DNA of 64,000 nt, taken from the NCBI GenBank assembly GCA_900548505.1, contig URKI01000003.1, forward strand, positions 497 through 64,496, read 5' to 3'. Within the stretch, counting starts at the first letter, position 1. Each line of letters begins with the position of its first letter. This document shows positions 9,990 to 19,997 of the stretch, in pieces. Position numbers and translations under genes: made by a program. This DNA comes from an uncultured Oscillibacter sp. (GTDB taxonomy: Bacteria > Bacillota > Clostridia > Oscillospirales > Oscillospiraceae). A model generated the notes under the pieces. That model did no database searches, was not told the origin of the DNA, and saw only the letters and a list, made by a program, of their open reading frames with translations.

Positions 9990-11126
9990 TTACCGGCAGA
10001 TTTGAAGAATCGTCTGATAAATACGCTCGGTGGCGTCGGGAAGCCCCAGTCCGGCCATGGCCGTTTCCATCCGGGACCGGGCATCCGCGTCATGCAAAAT
10101 GGTGCAGGCCGCCTGGAACAGCGCCTGTCCGCTGGCGTCCTTTTCCAGCACCACGGACGCGCCGCCGGCCGCCTCCAGCACCCGGGCGTTTTTCTCCTGG
10201 TGGTTGTTGGTCACATAGGGGGACGGCACGATCACCGCCGCCACGCCCAGGGCCGTCAGCTCACTGATGGTGGACGCGCCGGCCCGGCAGAGTACCAGGT
10301 CCGCCGCCCGCATGACCGTGGCCATGTCGTAAATATACTCCCGCACCTGCAGCGCAGGGTGGGCGGCCAGGTCCACGCCCTTTTCTTTCAAAAGGGCCAG
10401 CACCTGGCCATAGCCGCTCTTTCCCGCGCCGTGGATATGGTGGAAGGGCTCTTTCGCCGCCTCCAGGGCCAGGAAATCCGCCATGCAGCGGTTCATGCCG
10501 GCAGCGCCCAAAGAGCCCCAGAAGGACACAATGAGGGGCCGTCCGTCGTCCACGCCCAGGGCGGCCTTGGCCTCCTGGCGGGTCATTTTGAAAAAGTCGC
10601 CCCGCACCGGCGTTCCCGTGACCACTACCTTATCCGGGTGGCGGTAATGGGCCCGGCAGGCCTCGAAGCCCACCATGATCCGGTCGGCGTAGGGCTCCAG
10701 CAGCTCTGTGGTCAGCCCCGGCACCATGTTGGACTCATGCACCGCCGTGGGGATGCCCGCCTTGGCGGCGGCCTTCACCATGGGGAAGCTGGCGTAGCCT
10801 CCCGTGCCCACCACCACGTCCGGGCGGAACGCGCGCAGGATGGCCCGGGCCTCCGCCGGGGAGCGGGTCAGGTTATAGAGGGAGATCAGGTTATGGCGGA
10901 TCTCCGCGGGCTTCACTGAGCGGTGGAAGCTGGAGATATGGACGGTCTTAAAGTCGTAGCCCGCCTGGGGGATCAGGTCCTTTTCCAGTCCCCGGTCCGC
11001 TCCCACGAACAAAAACTGCGTCTGGGGGTTCTTTTCCGCCATGAGCTGAGCCAGAGCAATGGCGGGGTTCACATGCCCCGCCGTGCCGCCGCAGGTGAAC
11101 AGCACCCGCTCCAAGGGTTTTGTCAT
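9990..11126 (-). CDS. murG: MurG glycosyltransferase
   Basis: GGTAGHVNPAIA, GTGGYAS, HESN, RAGASTISE, NHQEKNA. Confidence 0.95.
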   Translation of the reverse strand: MTKPLERVLFTCGGTAGHVNPAIALAQLMAEKNPQTQFLFVGADRGLEKDLIPQAGYDFKTVHISSFHRSVKPAEIRHNLISLYNLTRSPAEARAILRAFRPDVVVGTGGYASFPMVKAAAKAGIPTAVHESNMVPGLTTELLEPYADRIMVGFEACRAHYRHPDKVVVTGTPVRGDFFKMTRQEAKAALGVDDGRPLIVSFWGSLGAAGMNRCMADFLALEAAKEPFHHIHGAGKSGYGQVLALLKEKGVDLAAHPALQVREYIYDMATVMRAADLVLCRAGASTISELTALGVAAVIVPSPYVTNNHQEKNARVLEAAGGASVVLEKDASGQALFQAACTILHDADARSRMETAMAGLGLPDATERIYQTILQICR

Positions 11127-11151
11127 TGAAAAACTACCTCGTTTCTTCTGC

Positions 11152-12378
11152 CTATCCGGCCTTGGTAGGCTTCATCTGCCGTGAGACGGACAGCACAAAG
11201 CCCATTTCCGCCAGCTGCATAAGCAGCGCGGTACCGCCGTAGCTGAAAAACGGCAGGGAGATACCGGTGGTGGGCAGCAGGCCCGTCACCACGCCGATGT
11301 TCAAAAAGGTCTGCAGGCCGATCAGGGTGGTAACGCCCACCACCATGAGGCTGCCGAAGCGGTCCCGGGCGTGGAGAGCGATCCAGTAGCCCCGGAGGAT
11401 CAGCGCGGCAAAAAGCAGCATGATGATGGCCGCGCCGATGAGCCCCAGCTCCTCGCAGACGATGGCAAAGATAAAGTCGTTGTGCTCTTCCGGGAGGAAG
11501 AGGAACTTCTGGCGGCTGCGGCCCAGGCCCACGCCGAGAAGTCCGCCCGAGCCGATGGAAATGAGGCTCTGGGAGAGCTGGTAGCCCTTGCCCTGGGCAT
11601 CCGCCCACGGATTGTGCCACATCTCGATACGGGATGCGTTATAGCCGATGACGAACAGCACCAGATACATCATGATGCCGGCCGCGCCCACAGCGCCGCC
11701 TACCCAGGCCCAGTTGATGCCGCCCACCAGCATCAGCACGGCGCCGGCGCCCATGATGAGCAGTGCGCCGGAGAGGTGGGGCTCCAGACCCACCAGGCCC
11801 GCCAGCACCACCAGAATGATGGCGTAGGGCAAAATACCGTGGCGGAACGTGCGCATGAGGTCTTTCTTTTTGGAGATGTTGTCGGAAAAATACAGCACCA
11901 CCGCCACCTTGGCCACCTCCGAGGGCTGGAACTGGAACGACGTGCCGGGGATGCCCAGCCAGCGGGTGGCGTTGTTGCGGGTGATGGCGATGGGGTTATG
12001 GGGGATGAGCACCAGGATCAGCAAAATGACCGACAAAAACAAAAGCGGCTGGGCCAGCGCCCGGAATCGCTGATAATTGATCTTGCCGATCAGCAGCATG
12101 ACCGCCATACCCATGATGGCAAACACGCCCTGGCGGGTGAAATAGAACAGGGGGTTTTCCCCGTCCGTCTCATAATAGGCGGACGGGAAACTGGCGGACA
12201 GCAGCATAATGAGGCCGATGACCGTCAGCAGCACCACCAATACAAGAAAGGGAAGATCCACGGGGCCGCGGGCCAGTTCCCGGCTCTCCTGCTCCTTTTC
12301 CCGCTGCCGTGCCCGGCGCTCCTGGATGCGCAGCGCTTGTTCTCTTGTCAAAGGACGCCGCCGTCTCTCAGCTGCCAT
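11152..12378 (-). CDS. ftsW: SEDS protein FtsW/SpoVE
   Basis: FQPSEVAK, FLPEEHNDFIFAIVCEELG, LPTTGISLPFFSYGG; start chosen at MAAERR (GGAGG RBS). Confidence 0.92.
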   Translation of the reverse strand: MAAERRRRPLTREQALRIQERRARQREKEQESRELARGPVDLPFLVLVVLLTVIGLIMLLSASFPSAYYETDGENPLFYFTRQGVFAIMGMAVMLLIGKINYQRFRALAQPLLFLSVILLILVLIPHNPIAITRNNATRWLGIPGTSFQFQPSEVAKVAVVLYFSDNISKKKDLMRTFRHGILPYAIILVVLAGLVGLEPHLSGALLIMGAGAVLMLVGGINWAWVGGAVGAAGIMMYLVLFVIGYNASRIEMWHNPWADAQGKGYQLSQSLISIGSGGLLGVGLGRSRQKFLFLPEEHNDFIFAIVCEELGLIGAAIIMLLFAALILRGYWIALHARDRFGSLMVVGVTTLIGLQTFLNIGVVTGLLPTTGISLPFFSYGGTALLMQLAEMGFVLSVSRQMKPTKAG

Positions 12379-12426
12379 GGGCCTGCCTCCTCTCCCCCGT
12401 GGGGTCCGCGTGGTCTGCACGATGAA

Positions 12427-13413
12427 TCAATAGCGCCCCTGCACGGCAAAATAAGCCAGCAGGCAGCACACCAGCGTGATGCCGGAAAAGACCGCCACCA
12501 GCTTTCCCTCGCTCCAGCCGGACAGCTCCAGGTGATGGTGCAGCGGTGCCATTTTGAAAAACCGCTTGCCGTGGGTGGCCTTGAAGTAGCCCACCTGGAT
12601 AATGTCGGAGAGCGTCTCCGCGATGTAGATGATGCCAACAGGCACCAGGATCAGCGGCATATCCATGGCAAAGCCCATGGCCGCCACGGCGCCGCCCAGG
12701 AACAGGCTTCCGGTGTCGCCCATGAAGGTCTTGGCCGGGTGGTGGTTATAGACGAAAAACGCCGCCAGGCCGCCGGTGAGTGCCGCGGGGAACAGCGCCA
12801 GATCCAGCATCTCCCAGCTGATGGCCGTGACCGTGAAAAAGGCCATGACCACAAAGGTGACGCTGCACGCAAGACCGTCGATGCCGTCCGTGAGGTTCAC
12901 GGCATTGACGCAGCCCACGATGACGAAGGCCGCAAACACCAGATACACGATCCAGTTGATCTCCAGGGTGATCCCCACAAAGGGAACATACAAAAGGTTG
13001 GTCAAAAGGCCCTCATAGCGCATGAGGCACAGGAACACCACCGCCGCCAGCAGCTGCAGTACGAACTTCTGACGGGCGGTCAGGCCCTCGTTCTGGTGCT
13101 GGCGCACCTTGCGGTAATCGTCCACAAAGCCGATCAGGCCGAAGATCAGCGCGAAGAGGTACACGTAAAGATGGGTAAAGACCCCGTCGATCATCATGCC
13201 CCAGCCCATGGCGAACACGGCAACGCCGGCGCCCAGGATGAACATGATGCCGCCCATGGTGGGCGTTCCGGCCTTGCCTGCGTGCCAGGTGGGGCCGTCC
13301 TCGCGGATCTCCTGCCCTGCCTTGAGCTTACGCAGCTCCGGTATCAAAAACTTTCCGATCACCAGCGTCAGCACGAAGCTGATAGCCAGCACAGTGAGCA
13401 CTTGTGTGGTCAT
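12427..13413 (-). CDS. mraY: Phospho-N-acetylmuramoyl-pentapeptide transferase
   Basis: KAGTPTMGG, NAVNLTDGIDGL, FMGDTGSLFLG, MAPLHHHLE. Confidence 0.96.
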   Translation of the reverse strand: MTTQVLTVLAISFVLTLVIGKFLIPELRKLKAGQEIREDGPTWHAGKAGTPTMGGIMFILGAGVAVFAMGWGMMIDGVFTHLYVYLFALIFGLIGFVDDYRKVRQHQNEGLTARQKFVLQLLAAVVFLCLMRYEGLLTNLLYVPFVGITLEINWIVYLVFAAFVIVGCVNAVNLTDGIDGLACSVTFVVMAFFTVTAISWEMLDLALFPAALTGGLAAFFVYNHHPAKTFMGDTGSLFLGGAVAAMGFAMDMPLILVPVGIIYIAETLSDIIQVGYFKATHGKRFFKMAPLHHHLELSGWSEGKLVAVFSGITLVCCLLAYFAVQGRY

Positions 13414-13495
13414 GACTTGCTTCTCCCTTTCCTTTGCCGGCACACACAGCCGGCGCCTTCATTATCTTTTGCAGATGTGTGCCGGACTTCCGGCG

Positions 13496-14941
13496 TTACT
13501 TTCCGGCAAGGTACTCTGCCACAATCTCCCGTTCATCCATGTGGTACTTCACATGGTTGATCTCCTGGTAGGTCTCGTGGCCCTTGCCGCACAGCACGAT
13601 CACGTCGCCGGGCTCGGCATGGTCCATGGCATAGTGGATGGCCTCGATCCGGTCCTCCACCACCACGAAGGGCGTACCCGTCTCCTCCACGCCCGGCAGA
13701 ATGTCGGAAATGATGTCGGCAGGCTTTTCCGTGCGGGGGTTGTCGGTGGTGACCACCACGAAGTCGGCGATGTCACCGGCGATCTTGCCCATCTTGGGGC
13801 GCTTGGTCTTATCCCGGTCGCCGCCGCAGCCGAACAGGGCCACTGTGCGGCCCTTGGCGAAGTCCTTCACGGACCGCAGTACGTTCTCCAGGCCGTCGGG
13901 GCTGTGGGCGTAATCGATGAGGATGGTGTAGTCCTTGCCGGGCGTGGGCACCACCTCCACCCGCCCCTGCACATGGGGCACGGCGGCCAGGACGGCGGCA
14001 CTTTCGGTCAGAGGCACGCCCAGCGCCAGTGCGGCGCCCAACACATCCAGCGTATTATATACCATAAAACGGCCGGGAATGCCAACCCTTACAGGTACTT
14101 TTTCTTCATTTTTCACAGCGGTGAAGGAAACGTGATCCGCCTCGAGACAGATGTCCTCCGCCCGCAGATCCGCCTGGGCCTCCTCTGCGTAAGAAAGCTT
14201 CCGGCAGGTGGCATGGGCCATGAGCCGGGGCGCCCAGGGATCGTCGGCATTATAGACACCGGTGTCGCACCGGCGGAACAGCTCCGCCTTGGTGTCGCAG
14301 TAGTTTTCCATGGTCTTGTGGAAATCCAGGTGGTCCTGGGTCAGGTTGGTAAATACGCCCACAGCGTAATGGATGCCGTAGACCCGGTCCAGCGCCAGGG
14401 CATGGGAGGACACCTCCATGACAACATGAGTGCATCCGGCATCCCGCATCCGGGCAAACAGGCCCTGGAGCTCAAAGGACTCCGGCGTAGTGCGCTCCGT
14501 AGGCACCACCTCGCTGCCGATCATGTTCTGGTTGGTACCAATGAGGCCCACCTTGGCGCCCGCCGCCTGCTCCAGAATGGCCTTGAGCAGATAGGTGGTG
14601 GTGGTCTTGCCGTTGGTGCCGGTGACGCCCACCATGGTCATGGCGTCGGCGGGATGGCCGTAGAAGTTGGCCCCCAGCACCGCCAGGGCACGGCGGCTGT
14701 TTTCCGTGCGCACCCAGGGGATCTCCTCTGCAGGGGCCCGCTCGCACAGCACCGCCGCCGCGCCGGCGGAGACGGCCTTTGCAATGAAGTCGTGTCCGTC
14801 CACAGCGAAGCCGGTCATGGCCACGAACAGGTCGCCGGGCCGGGTGGTCCGGGAGTCATAGCTGACGCCGGTGATCTCCATATCCAGATCCGCCGTCTGC
14901 TCCAGTACGGGGATGCCTTCCAAAAGTGCGCGCAATTTCAT
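13496..14941 (-). CDS. murE: UDP-MurNAc-Ala-Glu:meso-DAP ligase
   Basis: GVTGTNGKTTT, MEVSSHAL, NLTQDHLDFH, DYAHSPD, DNPR (DAP specificity), GKGHETYQ. Confidence 0.95.
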   Translation of the reverse strand: MKLRALLEGIPVLEQTADLDMEITGVSYDSRTTRPGDLFVAMTGFAVDGHDFIAKAVSAGAAAVLCERAPAEEIPWVRTENSRRALAVLGANFYGHPADAMTMVGVTGTNGKTTTTYLLKAILEQAAGAKVGLIGTNQNMIGSEVVPTERTTPESFELQGLFARMRDAGCTHVVMEVSSHALALDRVYGIHYAVGVFTNLTQDHLDFHKTMENYCDTKAELFRRCDTGVYNADDPWAPRLMAHATCRKLSYAEEAQADLRAEDICLEADHVSFTAVKNEEKVPVRVGIPGRFMVYNTLDVLGAALALGVPLTESAAVLAAVPHVQGRVEVVPTPGKDYTILIDYAHSPDGLENVLRSVKDFAKGRTVALFGCGGDRDKTKRPKMGKIAGDIADFVVVTTDNPRTEKPADIISDILPGVEETGTPFVVVEDRIEAIHYAMDHAEPGDVIVLCGKGHETYQEINHVKYHMDEREIVAEYLAGK

Positions 14942-15058
14942 TCGTATCTTCTCCTCACTGCATGTTTGGGCCAAAAGGGCCAGTCTCATTATAAGCAGGT
15001 GATTTTGCGAAATATACGGCAGAATGTGTCCTGTTCCATGCAAATCGTGCGCTCAGCG

Positions 15059-17524
15059 TCAATCCAGCACGGAAGTATCGCCGAACTGCACCGTCACCAC
15101 GCTGCCTGCCTCCAGTTCGCTGCCCGGCGCCGCGCTCTGAGAAATGGCGTGGACGTTGCCGGAGCTGACCGTCGTGGCGCCGGAGACTTTCATGATGAGC
15201 CCCGCGTTGGTGAGCGCCTTGTTGGCCTCCGACGCGGTCTTGCCCACCACATTGGGCACCGTGCAAAGGTCATCGGATTTTTCCGCACCCAGGTAGAGAA
15301 TCACGGAGGCGTTGTTGGGGATAATGGCGCCGCCCGCCGGCGTCTGGTCAGTGACGGTGGCGCCGTCACCCACGGTCTTGTAGGCAAAGCCCACGCTCTC
15401 CAGCTTCTCCTTGGCCTCGGCCGCCGTCTTGCCCACCACATTGGGCACGGTGGCGTCGGCGCCTACCAGCTCGGCTGCGGAGTAGTCCGGCTCAATGCCC
15501 AGGTAGGGCAGGATCTCGCTCATAATGGAACTGGCCACAGGCGCCACCATGGTACCGCCGAACACGGCGGTGCCGGTGCTGCGGCTGGGGGTATCCATGG
15601 TCAGCAGCATGATGATCTGGGGATCGTCCGCCGGTGCAAAGCACATGAAGGAGACCACCACGTCGCCGGTGCCGGTCTTATCGGCGGTACCGGTCTTGCC
15701 GCCGATGCGGTAGCCGGCCACCTGGCCGTTGCGGCCGCCGCCGCTGGCCACCACGTACTCCAGGCACTCTCTCACCTTGGCGGAGGTCTCCTCGCTGATG
15801 ACCTGGCGGGACGTGTCGGTGCTGTGCTGCAGGACGATGTTGCCGTCGTCATCCAGCACCTGCTCCACCACGTAGGGCGTATAGAGATAGCCGCCGTTGA
15901 TGCAGGCCGCCTGGGCCCGGATCAGCTCCAGGGGGGTGACGTTGAAGGTCTGGCCGAAGGAGTAGGAGGCCAGGGACACCACGTTGGAGTTGAAGCTGTC
16001 CTCGTCGGCAAAAATACCGCTGACCTCGCCGATCATGTCCACGCCGGTCTTTTCCATCAGGCCGAAGGACTGGAGATAGTCATAATAGGTCTCCGTGCCA
16101 ATCTTGAGGCCCATGGTGATAAAGGCCGGGTTGCAGGAGTTGCCTACCGCCTGCTCCAACGTCTGAAGGCCGTGTCCGGCGCGCTTGGAGCAGTTGATGG
16201 GCTTGCCCCAGCCCTGCACCATGATGGAGCCGGAGCAGTTGAAGGTGGTGTTCATATTCACCAGCCCCTCCTCCAGTGCCGCAGCCAGGGTGACGGGCTT
16301 GAAGGTGGAGCCGGGCTCATAGGTGGAGTCGATGCACTTGTTGCGCCACTGGCTGCCCACCACGGAGCTGGTGGCGGCGCTCACCGCCTCCTGGTACTCC
16401 TCCTCCGTTTTGTAGGAGGCACGGTCCGCTGCCAGGGCCGCCAGCTTCTCGTCCAACTGGGCCTTGAGCGTTTCATCGTAGATGCTGCCGTAATCGTTGG
16501 GGTCGTAGTTGGGATAGGACGCCATGGCCAGGATGGCGCCGGAGTTGACGTCCATGACGATGCCGGTGCCGCCGTTTTTGGCATCGTACTTATCCAGCAT
16601 ACTCTTGAGGCCCTTTTCCAGATAGTACTGGATATTGCTGTCCAGAGTCAGAACCAGGTTTTTGCCGTTTTCCGCGTCATAATACTGCTCGTACTGGTAC
16701 AAGAGATCTCCGCCCACGGCGTTTCTGGCGGTGACCGTCAGTCCGGCAGTGCCGGAGAGGATGGAGTTGTACTTGGCCTCCAGGCCCACGCCGCCTTCGT
16801 TTTCGCCGTTGACGAAGCCGATGACGTTGGACGCCAGGCTGCCGTAGGGATAGTACCGCTTGGAGCCCGGCTCCATATACACGCCCCGGATCTTCACCGG
16901 GCTCTGGGACGGATTCTCTTTCAGGACGGTCTTTCCGGCCGCCGTCTCCATGGTGATCTCGTTGCCCTCGTCGTCGATCTCGCCGTTGATGAAGCGGCGC
17001 ACCTCGTCGGCTATCTCCTGGTCCACCCGCTTTTTCACGATCTCATACTTGGAGTTGGTCTTTTCCATCTTCTCCAAAATCGTCTCCGGGTCCACGTCCA
17101 GGATACGGCCAAGGCCCCGGGCAATGAATTCCTCATCCCGGATGATGGGCGGGACATAGGGCCGGCCCTCTTCCTCCGCCGCCGCGGCCTCTTCCTTTGC
17201 CTTTTCCTCCTGTTCTTCCAGGTAGCTGTTGATCTCATAGGGAGAGATGAACACCGTCTCCGCCGTGGCAGACAGGGCCAGAGGCAATCCGTTGCGGTCA
17301 TAGATCGTGCCTCTGGACGCGGTGATCACGGTGCTGCGGGTCTGCTGGGCCACCGCCTTTTCCTGCAGATCGTCGTGCTGGCGGACCTGCAGGTCGTAGA
17401 GCTTCCAGAACAGCACCACGAATGTGGCGACGCCCAGGAGCGCCATCATCAGCATCGTTCTGCTGCGGACCACCTGATTGGCCCGGCGTGCCGCGTCACT
17501 CTTTCTTTTCGATGGATTTGCCAT
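15059..17524 (-). CDS. Class B penicillin-binding protein with two PASTA domains (FtsI/SpoVD-like)
   Basis: RGTIYDRNG, EPGSTFK (SxxK), SCN (SxN), KTGT, two VPNVVGKT PASTA repeats. Confidence 0.93.
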   Translation of the reverse strand: MANPSKRKSDAARRANQVVRSRTMLMMALLGVATFVVLFWKLYDLQVRQHDDLQEKAVAQQTRSTVITASRGTIYDRNGLPLALSATAETVFISPYEINSYLEEQEEKAKEEAAAAEEEGRPYVPPIIRDEEFIARGLGRILDVDPETILEKMEKTNSKYEIVKKRVDQEIADEVRRFINGEIDDEGNEITMETAAGKTVLKENPSQSPVKIRGVYMEPGSKRYYPYGSLASNVIGFVNGENEGGVGLEAKYNSILSGTAGLTVTARNAVGGDLLYQYEQYYDAENGKNLVLTLDSNIQYYLEKGLKSMLDKYDAKNGGTGIVMDVNSGAILAMASYPNYDPNDYGSIYDETLKAQLDEKLAALAADRASYKTEEEYQEAVSAATSSVVGSQWRNKCIDSTYEPGSTFKPVTLAAALEEGLVNMNTTFNCSGSIMVQGWGKPINCSKRAGHGLQTLEQAVGNSCNPAFITMGLKIGTETYYDYLQSFGLMEKTGVDMIGEVSGIFADEDSFNSNVVSLASYSFGQTFNVTPLELIRAQAACINGGYLYTPYVVEQVLDDDGNIVLQHSTDTSRQVISEETSAKVRECLEYVVASGGGRNGQVAGYRIGGKTGTADKTGTGDVVVSFMCFAPADDPQIIMLLTMDTPSRSTGTAVFGGTMVAPVASSIMSEILPYLGIEPDYSAAELVGADATVPNVVGKTAAEAKEKLESVGFAYKTVGDGATVTDQTPAGGAIIPNNASVILYLGAEKSDDLCTVPNVVGKTASEANKALTNAGLIMKVSGATTVSSGNVHAISQSAAPGSELEAGSVVTVQFGDTSVLD

Positions 17525-17608
17525 GCTATGCCTCCGTTTTGTCGCAAACGGGGAGTAAGAAAGCATCACCCTTCTTACTCCCCACTGTCAATGCATTATA
17601 GTGCCCGG

Positions 17609-18169
17609 TCAGTCGAAATATTCCACCACCGCGTAGACTCCGTGGTGCAGGGAATCCAGCAGCTGACTCAGCAGGCTGGGTTCGGCCTCCTCATAGACCA
17701 CGGCGCTGTCGCCTTCGCTCAGATCGATGTAATAGATCTGGCTGCTGCTGGGCTTGCTCATGCCGGCCGACTCGGCGGCCTCCTTGATGGTGTTCAGGTC
17801 GAACATCCGCTCATACTGGGCTGTGAGGATCACGTTCTCCTCCTCCAGCTGGGCAAGCTCATTCTGCAGGCTCACCGTCTCCGCCGACAGGGCGGTCAGC
17901 TGGACGTAGCTCAAAAGCACCAGCACGGCCAGCGCGGCTACCGCGCCGAAGCCCAACACGGAAAAGACGGACAGGGACTGCTTTTCGCGCACCTGCACCT
18001 TGGAGATGCTGCGGACCTTGGGCCGCTCCAGTGCCTGCTCCTGCCGGCGGGGCAGTTCCCCCGCGTGGCGCAGCTCGCGCTCCCGAAGCTCCCGGTCCAG
18101 GTCATATGCCAGATTGCCGTAAACTGCGCCGCTCTGCCGGTAACGCAGTTCCTTTGCCGCTGAAGCCAA
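17609..18169 (-). CDS. ftsL: FtsL-like septum protein
   Basis: YGNLAYD N-terminus, one TM, coiled coil, ...AESAGMSKP; lies between rsmH and pbp; TTG start. Confidence 0.7.
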   Translation of the reverse strand: MASAAKELRYRQSGAVYGNLAYDLDRELRERELRHAGELPRRQEQALERPKVRSISKVQVREKQSLSVFSVLGFGAVAALAVLVLLSYVQLTALSAETVSLQNELAQLEEENVILTAQYERMFDLNTIKEAAESAGMSKPSSSQIYYIDLSEGDSAVVYEEAEPSLLSQLLDSLHHGVYAVVEYFD

Positions 18170-18222
18170 CCTGAGTCCCTCCTCATTTTATCACACACAG
18201 GGCTTGTCCCAACAAGGCCCTC

Positions 18223-19179
18223 TCAAAGTTCATTTCCTGCACATTTCTCCGCCACGCGCAGCTTGGCGCTGCGGGCACGGGGATTTTCCTCCAGCTCCTT
18301 GGCGCCGGAGACGATGGGTTTTCGGTTCACGAGTCTGACCCGAGGCTTCTTTCCGCACACGCACACCGGATATTCCGGCGGGCAGGTGCAGCCTCTGGCC
18401 ATATCCTGCATGGCCCGCTTGACGATGCGGTCCTCCAGGGAGTGGAACGTGATCACCGCCAGCCGTCCGCCGCTGCGGAGGTTGTCCACCGCAGAAGTCA
18501 GCATGGGCGGCAGCTCGTCCAGCTCGCCGTTGACGGCGATGCGGATGGCCTGGAAGCTGCGCTTGGCCGGGTGCTGCTTTTCCCGCAGCGCCGATGGCGG
18601 CATAGCGCCCTTGATGATGTCCACCAGTTCCAGAGTCGTCTCCACGGCCCTTTCTTCCCGCACCCGGACGATGGCCCGGGCAATGGCGGGCGCGTAGCGC
18701 TCCTCGCCGTACTCATACAGGATGCGCCGCAGCTCGTCGCCGCTCCAGGTGTTCACCACCTCATAGGCAGTCAGGGCCGCGTCCCGGTCCATGCGCATGT
18801 CCAGCGGGGCGTCCTGCATATAGGAAAAGCCCCTCGATGCGTCATCCAGCTGCGGAGAGGAGACGCCTAGGTCGAAGAGCATACCGTCCGCAGCCTCCAC
18901 GCCTGCCTGGCGCAGCACGTCCGCCAGAGAGGAGAAGTTGCTGTGGACCAGCGTCACACGGTCCAGATAAGGCGCCAGACGGACCTTCGCCGCGTCGATG
19001 GCAGCCATGTCCCGGTCGATGCAGATGAGGCGCCCGGTGGTCAGGCGCTTTGCGATCTCCAGAGAATGGCCGGCACGGCCCAGCGTCCCGTCCACATAGA
19101 TCCCGTCGGGACGGATGCACAGCGCCTGGATGCATTCTTCCAGCAGCACAGGCTGATGGGTGTATTCCACGCGTGTCAC
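18223..19179 (-). CDS. rsmH: 16S rRNA m4C1402 methyltransferase
   Basis: [50 protein letters not shown]. Confidence 0.96.
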   Translation of the reverse strand: MTRVEYTHQPVLLEECIQALCIRPDGIYVDGTLGRAGHSLEIAKRLTTGRLICIDRDMAAIDAAKVRLAPYLDRVTLVHSNFSSLADVLRQAGVEAADGMLFDLGVSSPQLDDASRGFSYMQDAPLDMRMDRDAALTAYEVVNTWSGDELRRILYEYGEERYAPAIARAIVRVREERAVETTLELVDIIKGAMPPSALREKQHPAKRSFQAIRIAVNGELDELPPMLTSAVDNLRSGGRLAVITFHSLEDRIVKRAMQDMARGCTCPPEYPVCVCGKKPRVRLVNRKPIVSGAKELEENPRARSAKLRVAEKCAGNEL

Positions 19180-19619
19180 CCCCGGTTCCGGCGGGCACGG
19201 GCCAGGGCATCCATGGCCGCCGCCATATCATTGTTTTCCAGCATGGCCTTTTCGCGCTCTGCCCAGGTATTCTCGTCCCAGATCTCCGCGAAGGTGTTCA
19301 TGCCCACGATGGTCGCCGTCTTTTTCAGTCCCGCGTACTTGCGCAGCGTGGCGGGGATCAGCACCCGCCCCTGTGCGTCCGGCTCGCAGGCCACGGCGTT
19401 GGCATAGAGGAGCGCCAGTGCCCGGGCCTCCGTGTAGGGCAGCTCATCCATATCTTCAGACATCTGCTCCCACTTGGCCTCCGGGTAGATGGTCAGGCAC
19501 CCCTCCGCGCCGATGGTGATGTAAAACAGGTTTCCAAGGATCTCCCGCATGGCGGAAGGGATCACCAGACGGCCTTTGGAGTCGATGCTGTTGTTGGATT
19601 TTCCCATCAGCCGCGCCAT
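19176..19619 (-). CDS. mraZ: Division/cell wall cluster repressor MraZ
   Basis: Duplicated DxKGR motifs ([19 protein letters not shown]), EIWD. Confidence 0.95.
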   Translation of the reverse strand: MARLMGKSNNSIDSKGRLVIPSAMREILGNLFYITIGAEGCLTIYPEAKWEQMSEDMDELPYTEARALALLYANAVACEPDAQGRVLIPATLRKYAGLKKTATIVGMNTFAEIWDENTWAEREKAMLENNDMAAAMDALARARRNRG

Positions 19620-19675
19620 GGCCGTCCCCCCTTTTTCCTGTTTTCAGGGGCGATTTTGGGCTCAAATGACACTCA

Positions 19676-19743
19676 GCCACCTAAACTACCCACAAATCCC
19701 CACCGTTATTTTCGAGTATAAGCGATATAATTCAGGATTGCAA
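19676..19743 (-). promoter_or_regulatory. mraZ promoter and MraZ-binding GTGG repeats
   Basis: TTGCAA(19743)-17 bp-TATACT(19720), followed by GTGGGG-ATTT-GTGGGT-AGTTTAG-GTGGC repeats. Confidence 0.75.
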
Positions 19744-19861
19744 GGATTTTTTTCCGACTTGAAACCCGGTAAAACGGGGAATTTTCTCTAAAAATTATCC
19801 TTTTTTACGTATTTAAAACACATGTTCGATTTTCGATTGGGCAGTTTACGTAAAATAGTAA

Positions 19862-19905
19862 AGAGCCTCTGGCACAAGATATTGTGCCAGAGGCTCTGTT
19901 TTTTT
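19862..19905. terminator. Long perfect stem-loop, probable terminator
   Basis: AGAGCCTCTGGCACAA-GATA-TTGTGCCAGAGGCTCT (16-bp stem) flanked by T-rich tracts. Confidence 0.7.
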
Positions 19906-19997
19906 ACTTTTTTCGCAAAATATTGTTAGTGCCAAAAAAGTTTCCTAAAATGTTTCGTCGTTTTTTACAAATTTTTAAAGGTTATGGTCGACTCCGC

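Noticed and set aside
13196..18163. 1655-aa plus-strand ORF, and similar long ORFs such as 11371-13560, 39729-41603, 44411-46867 and 53532-55244
   Set aside because: Antisense shadows of well-supported GC-rich genes; no recognisable motifs.
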